From the NCBI RefSeq assembly GCF_000020025.1, contig NC_010630.1:30001-62000 (forward strand): 32,000 nt of DNA, in the 5' to 3' direction. Shown in pieces: positions 1 to 7,531 of this stretch. Under the pieces are notes generated by a model, which had not been told where the DNA came from, searched no databases, and saw only the letters and a program-made list of their open reading frames with translations. Both the position numbers and the translations under genes were made by a program. The number at the start of each line of letters is the position of its first letter. The first letter of the stretch is position 1. This DNA comes from Nostoc punctiforme PCC 73102 (lineage in GTDB: Bacteria > Cyanobacteriota > Cyanobacteriia > Cyanobacteriales > Nostocaceae).

Positions 1-1
1 T

Positions 2-1183
2 AAGTTTAGCCAACACTTTCAGAGTGTATCAACACGAGAGGTTTTAGGCGAATATACTTTACAAAAACGCTTGCTACTTTGTTTATATGGTTTAGGAACG
101 AATACTGGATTAAAGCGTTTAAGTGATGAGATTAAAGGCGACAATTATCAAGATTTACTCCATGTTAAGCGTCATTTTATTCAGAAAGAACAATTACGTA
201 ATGCTATTGCCTGTATTGCAAATGCAATTTTTACTGCCAGAATTTCTACTATTTGGGGAGAGGGTACAACCGCCTGTGCTTCTGACTCGAAAAAGTTTGG
301 TGCTTGGGATCAAAACTTAATGACTGAGTGGCACATCCGTTATGGTGGAAGAGGTGTGATGATTTATTGGCACGTTGAGAAGAATTCTGTTTGTATTTAT
401 TCACAGTTAAAAACTTGTTCTTCTTCTGAAGTGGCAGCCATGATTGAAGGATTATTACGCCACTGTACTGAGATGAAAGTGGAGACAAATTATGTGGATA
501 GTCACGGTCAAAATGAAGTGGCTTTTGCTTTCTGTCATTTACTGGGTTTTCAGTTAATGCCGCGTCTTAAACGTATCAATGTTCAGAAATTATACCGTCC
601 TTCAACTGGAAATAATGATGCTTATCCAAACTTGCAACCTATTTTAACTCGCGCTATTAATTGGGATTTAATTCGCCAACAATACGACCAAATGGTGAAG
701 TATGCTACTGCTTTGCGTTTGGGTATGGCAGAAACTGAAGCCATCTTAAAGCGTTTTACTAGGGGTAATTTATTACACCCTACTTATCAAGCCTTGGCGG
801 AATTGGGCAAGGCTGTAAAAACTATATTTTTATGTAAATACCTGCATTCGGTTGAACTGCGACAAGAGATAAATGCTGGACTCAACGTGGTGGAGAACTG
901 GAATAGTGCTAACAGTTTTATTTTTTACGGCAAGGGTGGGGAGATTGCTACTAATCGTTTGTCTGACCAAGAATTAGCTGTGTTATCTCTGCATTTACTC
1001 CAGATATCTTTGGTATATATAAATACGTTGATGATTCAGGAGGTTTTGTCCCAACCACAATGGATGAAGTTGATGAAGTTGGAGGATTTGCGGGCGCTTT
1101 CGCCTTTAATTTGGGGTCACGTTAATCCCTATGGTACTTTTCGTTTGGATCTTAATGTCAGGTTGCCAATTGAGACGGGGTAA
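2..1183 (+). CDS. tnpA: Tn3-family DDE transposase, C-terminal ~390 aa; the 5' end lies left of the window
   Basis: The frame is open from nt 2, with no stop before the listed Met at 71. By eye the protein aligns with the catalytic C-terminal half of the full-length Tn3-family TnpA at 7532-10510. Matching blocks: [15 protein letters not shown] vs WGDGTTSSSDGQRF, and [29 protein letters not shown] vs [29 protein letters not shown]. Confidence 0.9.
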   Translation, partial: KFSQHFQSVSTREVLGEYTLQKRLLLCLYGLGTNTGLKRLSDEIKGDNYQDLLHVKRHFIQKEQLRNAIACIANAIFTARISTIWGEGTTACASDSKKFGAWDQNLMTEWHIRYGGRGVMIYWHVEKNSVCIYSQLKTCSSSEVAAMIEGLLRHCTEMKVETNYVDSHGQNEVAFAFCHLLGFQLMPRLKRINVQKLYRPSTGNNDAYPNLQPILTRAINWDLIRQQYDQMVKYATALRLGMAETEAILKRFTRGNLLHPTYQALAELGKAVKTIFLCKYLHSVELRQEINAGLNVVENWNSANSFIFYGKGGEIATNRLSDQELAVLSLHLLQISLVYINTLMIQEVLSQPQWMKLMKLEDLRALSPLIWGHVNPYGTFRLDLNVRLPIETG

Positions 1184-1219
1184 ATGTGTCTAAAAATACG
1201 CTTTGTTCGTATGTCTCTT

Positions 1220-1299
1220 AATCTTATAGTCTGAAAGTCATCCACCGCAGTACTTTCAGCCTATCTTGCCCCTGGTGACAGCTTCGCTATATTTACCCC
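1220..1299. repeat. ~80-bp hairpin-bearing element, copy A; probable terminal region of the left-hand Tn3-family element
   Basis: Stem arms are ATAGTCTGAAAGT (1226-1238) and ACTTTCAGCCTAT (1252-1264), pairing 12/13. The reverse complement of the segment starts GGGGTAAATATAGCGAAGC, a GGGG tip typical of Tn3-family ends. A diverged second copy lies at 14339-14417. Confidence 0.5.
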
Positions 1300-1443
1300 T
1301 AAACCCGATTTTAGCAAGATTTTTATTACTATGAATAGTTGACAAAATATTTTACTTATGCGTAATTATTCAAAATTCCTTATTTCTTGTTATTTTTACA
1401 AACATAAATTTTCTTACAACTTTCTTTATCTATTTTTATAAAA

Positions 1444-1563
1444 CCTCATTCAATGAGGATAAATATTGTTTTTTTGAGTGTTGAATATCTATTTATGGCA
1501 TCAAAATAACTGGTTTTGATGCCATAATGCCCATTTTTGGGACATAATTATCTTTTTTGGGAC
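1444..1563. promoter_or_regulatory. AT-rich region with two perfect dyads and a 20-bp-spaced direct repeat; candidate origin or regulatory DNA next to rep
   Basis: CCTCATT-c-AATGAGG lies at 1444-1458. A 14-bp perfect inverted repeat has arms TTATGGCATCAAAA (1493-1506) and TTTTGATGCCATAA (1514-1527). TTTTTGGGAC occurs at 1534-1543 and again at 1554-1563. Confidence 0.3.
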
Positions 1564-1848
1564 TAAAATGCGATAAAAGCTGGAATTAGTCACAACAACG
1601 CACCTATGGTTGCATTGTTAGACATCTTTAACCGCTTTTATGCTCTTGTTTATTCAGAATGGGACAATTTCTTTTTGTTAATTTTTTATAAAAATGGTTC
1701 ATAAATACAAAAATTTAAAGGCTTTATCTTAATGCCGATTGAGTAACATTTTCCGTAATACTACGTTTAGAGAAAAAAAACACCGCAAAAAACTTGCTTT
1801 GTATCTCCGTATATAGTACATTTGTTCTAAATATCCAGGTTCTAATTT

Positions 1849-1872
1849 CCCCACTTAATTGTGGGGTTTTTA
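1849..1872 (+). terminator. Rho-independent terminator-like hairpin with no annotated gene upstream on that strand
   Basis: CCCCAC (1849-1854), loop TTAATT, GTGGGG (1861-1866), then TTTTTA. On the minus strand no T-tract follows the stem, so it is not the rep terminator. Confidence 0.5.
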
Positions 1873-1930
1873 TTGAGTTTTTGCAGTTAAGTCAATCATT
1901 TTTAATCAAAAGCCTGCACGATCGCAAATT

Positions 1931-4120
1931 CTATAGCCTGTAGTCATGTCTGCTTTGTTTTAAACGCTCTGCCATCTCTAGGGCAGAGGGGTTACTTGCC
2001 AGCCATTCCTGCGCTTCCTGTTGTAAAATCAGCGACGGCGATTCTAGCATTAGCAAACGCATGGCCACCTTTTCTAGTTTGATTCGCTCCTGGGGCAGGA
2101 AGGATAAGTTTTCTATAGTGCAGTATAATTTCAGCCAATGACGTGCTTGAGCAGTTGCCTGAAGTTTCAGTCTGATTGCCTGACGGTAATCATCTGGGCT
2201 AAAAGTTTGCTGTTCAAGTGGATCATCCGCTTCTACAGGAATGGGTAGTGAATCTACACATCCTACATTTGAGTGTGTAGTAGTTGGTATAGAAACTGGT
2301 GCAAAAGGTTCGGCTTCTGAGGTATATTCACCCTGTAAAGTGTTCTTAGAGGTGCTATCAACATCACTATGATCAGTGGTTACTACGTCTGAAACACCTA
2401 ACCCAGTAATTGTTTCCTCATTTGATAAGTCTTGCTTATTGTCATCAAACGATTCGCTTCGGAAAGGTTGGTATAGGTTTTGCTTATGATTGGTAAAATT
2501 TGAAATTTCTGAAGAATTAAAACTAGGATCTGAAGAATTAAAACTGGGAGAAAATTCTTGAATTTGAATTTGAATTTGAATTTGAGAAGATTCCTGAATT
2601 TGATTAAGTTCAGCTATAGGCGTTGCTGGCGGCAACGCTTTAGCTGAACTCAAGTACAACACCTTCATATATGGGGGGAGTGTGTAAATTTTTGCTGTTT
2701 GCTCCTGTATCCCTTGTTTGGTCTGAGTTTCAGACTGCGATTCTTCTAACCACGGGTCTGGTATTTGGGGATATTTTTCAGGATATAAAATCGCTGTGTT
2801 GCTGTCCAGAAGCTCATTTACAGGCTGTTTTGATGCGTTTTTTTGGTGGTCAGGATGCCATAAGGGTAGGTATATTGCTTTGTGCAGGGTTGTCTGACTT
2901 ACTCCTTTGCCATACTGGGCTTTGGATGCGGCGATAATTGCTAGAGCGCGATCGCTTGTCCGTTCTGGAAATGTTAGAGCTTGTTGTAACTGTGCAACAA
3001 TCGAACGAATCCGCCCTATTGTCTCTTGCTGACGTTGTTCGTTAGGGTGCAGGTTGATGATTTTATTTTCATCTACTCTGCCAAATTGTTCTTTATAACT
3101 GTTTACCCGTTGCGGTGTGCCTGGGTACGGGGTGTAAAATCCTTCACAGCACCTTGCCCATTCTTTGGCTCGTTGTTCGATTTCATGTTGATGGCGACAC
3201 CAGTTTACGTAACCTGGAGATTGGCAGGCTGTGATCACTATATGATCTACTAGTGTCTGTCCGCTTAATTGGCGAAAGACTATGCCGTAACACGCTATAT
3301 CTTTGAGCAGTTCGTTGGTCTGTCCGTTTCCTGTCCATCCTTCAGAGATGCGTTGTTCTAGGTCTTGCTTCCATTGCTCGGCTGCACTGCGCTGACGGTA
3401 GGGAAATTTTATAATTTTTTTGCTGTTGGCTCGGACTAGTGCTTGGGCTAATGCTTCGTAGTCTTGCCCTTTTGCTGACCAGTCGGCGGCATTGAGGAAG
3501 TCTTCGATGTCGTCTGACCACGGTTCTAGGCAATCATCAAGTACATAAGAGCCTGTCTGTAAGGGTAAGCGATGGGCGTTAAAGTTACTGGGGCTGCCTT
3601 TGCTGTACACTTTGCAGTTGGGGAATATTTCTAGTTCTCCTCCTTTGATTTTGAAGCCTGCTGCTTCTAGGGTCTGCTGGATGGCACAGGCTAGAGTGTA
3701 GGAATGTTGTTTTTCTTCTAGGAAATAATATATATGCAGTCCGCCACTATCGCTTGATTGTATGGGTATTGGTCTGCATAAGCCGATTTCTTCTAGGCTG
3801 GCTAGTAGCTGCCGGTATTTTATTTGGCTGTTTGATGGATGTAGCTGGCTGCCTCTGTCTATGTCTATTAGTAGGTAGTTGGTTTGTTTGGTAAACCGCA
3901 GTCCTATTAAGACATCGGGGTTTAAGTATTGTTGCCACAGGTTACGCGGCTGTAAGGGATAGCGGGTTTCTGTTTGCCACTGTGGGCGTTCACCACTTTT
4001 TGGGGTGGGGGCATAGATGAATCCCCAACCGTGATGGAAGTATTCTAGAAACCTTTGCCCTAGTGGATCTAATGGCTCTAGGGTAGGTTGTGCTGCTGTG
4101 TTTACTTTGGCTTTTGCCAT
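1931..4120 (-). CDS. Plasmid replication initiator candidate with an N-terminal primase-polymerase (AEP)-like domain; 729 aa
   Basis: AEP-like motifs are LLIDIDRG (DxD), SGGLHIYYF (sGxH) and AHRLPLQTG. I prefer the ATG at 4120 (MAKAKVNT), which is preceded by GGGGAGAG. The track ORF extends to 4252 with an unlikely leader. The middle of the protein is a low-complexity linker encoded by tandem DNA repeats. Confidence 0.6.
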   Translation of the reverse strand: MAKAKVNTAAQPTLEPLDPLGQRFLEYFHHGWGFIYAPTPKSGERPQWQTETRYPLQPRNLWQQYLNPDVLIGLRFTKQTNYLLIDIDRGSQLHPSNSQIKYRQLLASLEEIGLCRPIPIQSSDSGGLHIYYFLEEKQHSYTLACAIQQTLEAAGFKIKGGELEIFPNCKVYSKGSPSNFNAHRLPLQTGSYVLDDCLEPWSDDIEDFLNAADWSAKGQDYEALAQALVRANSKKIIKFPYRQRSAAEQWKQDLEQRISEGWTGNGQTNELLKDIACYGIVFRQLSGQTLVDHIVITACQSPGYVNWCRHQHEIEQRAKEWARCCEGFYTPYPGTPQRVNSYKEQFGRVDENKIINLHPNEQRQQETIGRIRSIVAQLQQALTFPERTSDRALAIIAASKAQYGKGVSQTTLHKAIYLPLWHPDHQKNASKQPVNELLDSNTAILYPEKYPQIPDPWLEESQSETQTKQGIQEQTAKIYTLPPYMKVLYLSSAKALPPATPIAELNQIQESSQIQIQIQIQEFSPSFNSSDPSFNSSEISNFTNHKQNLYQPFRSESFDDNKQDLSNEETITGLGVSDVVTTDHSDVDSTSKNTLQGEYTSEAEPFAPVSIPTTTHSNVGCVDSLPIPVEADDPLEQQTFSPDDYRQAIRLKLQATAQARHWLKLYCTIENLSFLPQERIKLEKVAMRLLMLESPSLILQQEAQEWLASNPSALEMAERLKQSRHDYRL
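2508..2586. repeat. Tandem repeats inside rep: 21-bp x2 followed by (TTGAAT)x4
   Basis: TCTGAAGAATTAAAACTAGGA (2508-2528) and TCTGAAGAATTAAAACTGGGA (2529-2549), then TTGAAT x4 at 2558-2581. These encode ...QIQIQIQIQEFSPSFNSSDPSFNSSE... in the minus-strand Rep. Confidence 0.85.
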
Positions 4121-4594
4121 TTTTCTCTCCCCGATGATGATGATTGGTTCATCGGAGCTACCCACACTTTTTAGGTTCGGGGTGTATCTTTTGTGGTCTG
4201 GGGTCTTGGCGTAGGGTGTAATCGATAATCTTTTCCTACACCCAACATCCAATACCCTAAGCCCTTCTTGGTTCTTAAACCCTACCCCCTACCCTCTCAT
4301 TTGAAGGTTCATTAGCGGTGTTTATATCAAATGTCACCAACGGCTACAAACAAAAATTTTCCAATTTGCTCAAAAATTAATTTTCTTGTCAAAATGGCTG
4401 TAATCCTTAGCCTGAAGCTCTCATAGTCAATTTTATAAGGTTGATGTCACTTGATTTAAGTTGCACTAATTTTGCCTTTATGACCCAGACATTGCTACAT
4501 TGAAATTGTTTATAAAAAATATTGACGGTTAGTCGTTAACCGCTAAACGTATGTCTGGCGTGTGGGCAGCTAGCCGATTTCTTTTTTTACCTAC

Positions 4595-4625
4595 TTGACG
4601 CAAATTGACCAGCGACTGGTATAAT
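4595..4625 (+). promoter_or_regulatory. Sigma-70-type promoter candidate with an extended -10
   Basis: TTGACG lies at 4595-4600 and TGgTATAAT at 4617-4625, a 19-nt spacer. No ORF lies downstream for >1 kb. Confidence 0.3.
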
Positions 4626-5458
4626 ACCTGGCGCTAGCTTGTGGGTAGTAAAGAAAGCAGAAATCAGCCCTTTGCATTATTTTTTTTAAAAAGAAAAGTG
4701 CAGTTTTTGATTGAAAAAATCCATTATTCACGACGTTATCCTCTTCTACGAGGCATCTAGCCGTCAAATCATCCCTCAATTATTTCTGGCTCAATAGCTT
4801 TTGCCAATACTCCGCTTAAATTCAGAGTTGGGATAAATTGTAGCGGCAGATGCTTTTTTTACTATTTGTCCAAAAAAAAGCATAAAGTATCCCGCCTGTG
4901 TGCTAATATTGGCAACAGACAGATACACGTAGGTTACGAGTGGTGAGTCCTCGTCAGTTTGGAACAATTTGGTGTTTGTGACCGGCAAGTCTTTATCGCA
5001 CCGAAACAGTTCTACAACGACTCACATTTATTCTGACTATCTGAATATGCTGTTTTGGTCGTTACTACCTCCCTTGTAAAGACTAATTGCAGTTTTACGT
5101 GCAGACTTACTCTCGCTAGAGTAGCATGAAAAGCGGCTCGACCGTATAAAAACAGATTTGTCTGTCTGGTCTTGTAGGCTTAAAACATTCAAGCGAACAT
5201 TTAAACAATTACATACAAACAGCGATCGCTCTTTAGCTGGAGTGGTCGCTTTTTTCAATCGCCCTCCAGAAATGTTAAGTAATTTTAATGATATTTCATT
5301 CATCTGTAACCAACCCATTTCTTGTATTTACGTCTTTTGAAGGCATTGAGTTAATTTCGTTTTTATTGACGTGCTGACCAGTCCCTTGGGTCTGTCACTG
5401 GCTCAAAATCATAATCTGGCTTGTTTGGTTGATTTTCCTCCGTCACGTTTGGCGACTA

Positions 5459-5626
5459 TTAGTTTTGTTGCATATATCCCAATTCGGTTAATCGCTCTTT
5501 TAAAAGTTTATTTACGGCCGCGTTAGAACTAATCATTTGGTCTTCTGCGTATTTGTCCAGAGCCTCAACGATTTCATCTAAATATCGAGTTGTCCTATTT
5601 GTTGTCGGTTTTTTCTGGCGGGCCAT
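5459..5626 (-). CDS. 55-aa ribbon-helix-helix (CopG/Arc-like) DNA-binding protein; below the ORF-track size cutoff
   Basis: Hand translation gives MARQKKPTTNRTTRYLDEIVEALDKYAEDQMISSNAAVNKLLKERLTELGYMQQN, running from ATG to TAA over 168 nt. It has a basic N-tail, a short beta-strand and two helices. It is divergent from the parM-like gene across the TGATACCA repeat region. Confidence 0.55.
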   Translation of the reverse strand: MARQKKPTTNRTTRYLDEIVEALDKYAEDQMISSNAAVNKLLKERLTELGYMQQN

Positions 5627-5674
5627 GAAAGTAATCATAATTTTTCTATCTATACATTAGATTGATTACATCTA

Positions 5675-5795
5675 CTCTAACTAAAGTGATACCACATTAG
5701 TATCAGCAAGTCTAATAGTTTTTGAACAAGATATTTAAAATAATGATACCATAATGCAACCACAGTGATACCATTTTAGTTACACTTTAGTTATT
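5675..5795. promoter_or_regulatory. Repeat-rich divergent control region; candidate parC-like centromere or operator
   Basis: (G/A)TGATACCA occurs at 5686-5694, 5743-5751 and 5765-5773. An inverted half-site GTATCA lies at 5700-5705. Outer inverted arms are TAACTAAAGTG (~5678) and CACTTTAGTTA (~5783). Confidence 0.4.
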
Positions 5796-6010
5796 ATATT
5801 TATATGCGTAAAGCGAATACGTTAAGCCTGAATCATGACAACTAGGATGTAACAAGCACCTTTGAGGTAACGCGTCTCTGCAATTTTGAGTAAGAGTTTG
5901 GCAGATCCAGACTTAGGGAAATAGTAGAGAAAAGTACGACCAAAATAGCTATCTGCAAAGGTTAGCAACAGCCAAAAACGGCTGCTACTAGCTTTATCAG
6001 GAGATTGCAA

Positions 6011-6943
6011 GTGATCAATATTTACTGTGCAGATATCGGAAACTACAGCAGTATCACCGCCCTCAAAGGTGAAAAACCTCGCGTGATGCGCTCAGTCTTC
6101 CAAGACGTGACTTACACCAGTGCCAGAGATTTGGACACTGATAATTCACCCTCTATCAAACTTGATGATAAGGTTTTAGTCCTTGGAGACCGCGCTACTA
6201 AGCAGAAAAATTCACAAACCGCAGCAGAAAGGGGTAAAGACCTGCCAGAATTCTTTAAACCGTTCACCTTGGCTGGATTGCGGCAGGATTTTGATGGTGT
6301 TGTCCGGTTTCTCGTCCCAGAACATTCTCAATGGCACGAAGACACAATCAGACGGACTCTAGTTGCAGAGCATCAAATTAACGTCAACGGCACAAACTAC
6401 AGACACCGAATCAAAAACGTTGAATTTTTCCTTGAGACAGATGTTGCTGTAATTAATGCTTACAGAAACGGCAAGCTTGACATGGATGGTGACACACTCG
6501 CTATTGATATCGGTGGCGGTACAACTAATTATGTTGTCATCACCCCATCCTCGGAAGTTCTCACCCGTCGTTCAATTCCCAAAGTGGGCGGTGTCTCTCT
6601 GGCTAACGACATCATCAATAGTGATTTGATGCAGAGTTACGCCAAGCGCGATAACGTTGCTTTTAAAGTGGCAAAGATGATGGACGCGATCGCTGACGGT
6701 TCTTTCACTTACGGACGTAAATATGACTTTAGCTCAGTCTTTCCAGGGTTGTTAGAAAACTGGTTTAACAATCTGATGGACAGCATCTCTACAGCTGCTA
6801 ATGACTATCTTGCAGACGTTACCAACGTGATGCTGATTGGTGGATGTGCTAATTTAGTCCGTCAAAAGCTGAGTGCCAAGCAAGGCTTTTACATTCCTGC
6901 TAATCCACAATTATCAAATATTCAAGCACTGTTGGCTATGTGA
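6011..6943 (+). CDS. parM: Actin-like plasmid segregation ATPase (ParM/StbA family)
   Basis: Actin-fold motifs are IYCADIGNYSS (phosphate-1), LAIDIGGGTTNYVV (phosphate-2) and MLIGGCANLV (adenosine). The GTG at 6011 lies 7 nt after AGGAG. The track start, TTG at 6005, is the alternative. Confidence 0.8.
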   Translation: MINIYCADIGNYSSITALKGEKPRVMRSVFQDVTYTSARDLDTDNSPSIKLDDKVLVLGDRATKQKNSQTAAERGKDLPEFFKPFTLAGLRQDFDGVVRFLVPEHSQWHEDTIRRTLVAEHQINVNGTNYRHRIKNVEFFLETDVAVINAYRNGKLDMDGDTLAIDIGGGTTNYVVITPSSEVLTRRSIPKVGGVSLANDIINSDLMQSYAKRDNVAFKVAKMMDAIADGSFTYGRKYDFSSVFPGLLENWFNNLMDSISTAANDYLADVTNVMLIGGCANLVRQKLSAKQGFYIPANPQLSNIQALLAM

Positions 6944-6944
6944 A

Positions 6945-7355
6945 ATGCAAGTACGTTTAGCGGCTCAAGTCGCCAGCAAAGTTGAAGGAGTCCGTCTTTC
7001 ACTTAACTATTCCAAACTGAGTGACACTGTAAATCTGCTATTGGATGCAATCAAACATCAATGGCATCTGAATCTGTCATCCTTGCCCCAAACTGGGACA
7101 ATTAACCCCAAAGTCAGGCTAGATGAACGTCATCAAGCCTGGGTGTCTCAATATGCAACCGAGAGGGGAATTAGCGTCACATCTGCCACAAATCTCTTGA
7201 TTAGTGAATATCTAGCAGGCAATACGATGAATGTTTTGCCTCAGATTCAAAAAATTGAAACAGAAAATCTTGCATTAACTCCACAAATATCTCCACAAGA
7301 ACAAACGACCGAAAAACTGAAAGGTCAGCTATTAGTTAGGAGTCTTAAGTTATGA
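6945..7355 (+). CDS. ParR-like adaptor candidate with ribbon-helix-helix-like segments; 136 aa
   Basis: The ATG at 6945 lies 1 nt after the parM stop. The track start at 6873 would overlap parM by 71 nt. KVRLDERHQAWVSQYATERGISVTSATNLLISEYL looks like an RHH fold. Its position directly downstream of parM matches type II par loci. Confidence 0.5.
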   Translation: MQVRLAAQVASKVEGVRLSLNYSKLSDTVNLLLDAIKHQWHLNLSSLPQTGTINPKVRLDERHQAWVSQYATERGISVTSATNLLISEYLAGNTMNVLPQIQKIETENLALTPQISPQEQTTEKLKGQLLVRSLKL

Positions 7356-7467
7356 ATCAGACCCGTGTAGTCTTGGACGAGAAGCACATACCTAAAGCCA
7401 AGGAAATCATTGAGCAAACAGGAATTAATACATATTCACAATTATTTACCATCCTGTTGGTGAACTA
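7352..7467 (+). pseudogene. 5' part (38 codons) of a small gene split by the Tn3-family insertion
   Basis: The ATG at 7352 overlaps the parR-like stop (ATGA). The present-day stop TAG (7466-7468) is created across the target-duplication/IR junction. The ORF continues in frame at 14548 once the transposon and one AACTA copy are removed. Confidence 0.65.
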
Positions 7468-7505
7468 GGCGTCACCGTGCCAAAACGGGAAAATTGTACG
7501 CTAAG
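7468..7505. repeat. Left terminal inverted repeat of the Tn3-family transposon
   Basis: GGCGTCACCGTGCCAAAACGGGAAAATTGTACGCTAAG. The inner end ACGCTAAG matches the conserved inner end of Tn3/Tn21-type IRs as I recall them. Confidence 0.9.
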
Positions 7506-7531
7506 GCTGAAACTTGTATTAGATAAGCATT

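Noticed and set aside
71-73. Met at 71 as the start of the left-hand transposase
   Set aside because: The frame is open from nt 2, and the protein corresponds only to the C-terminal third of a Tn3 TnpA. The start must lie left of the window.
2671-3938. ORFs 2671-2937(+), 3026-3253(+), 3342-3533(-) and 3747-3938(-) within rep
   Set aside because: They are shadow ORFs nested in the Rep coding region, antisense or out of frame, with no supporting features.
4121-4252. A 44-codon N-terminal extension of Rep (MDVGCRKRLSITPY...)
   Set aside because: There is no ribosome-binding context at 4252, whereas the ATG at 4120 is preceded by GGGGAGAG. The extension also has an odd basic/Cys composition.
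4591-5340. ORFs 4591-4779(-), 4791-4988(-), 5037-5318(-) and 5158-5340(+) in the rep-par spacer
   Set aside because: They are short, mutually overlapping or antisense, with low-complexity, Cys/Phe/Lys-odd translations. None has an SD-like context or a recognisable family. I treat the region as non-coding and report it as an ORF-poor block instead.
6873-6944. Upstream extension of the parR-like ORF overlapping parM by 71 nt
   Set aside because: The ATG at 6945, immediately after the parM stop, gives classic translational coupling. The extension lies out of frame within the conserved C-terminus of ParM.
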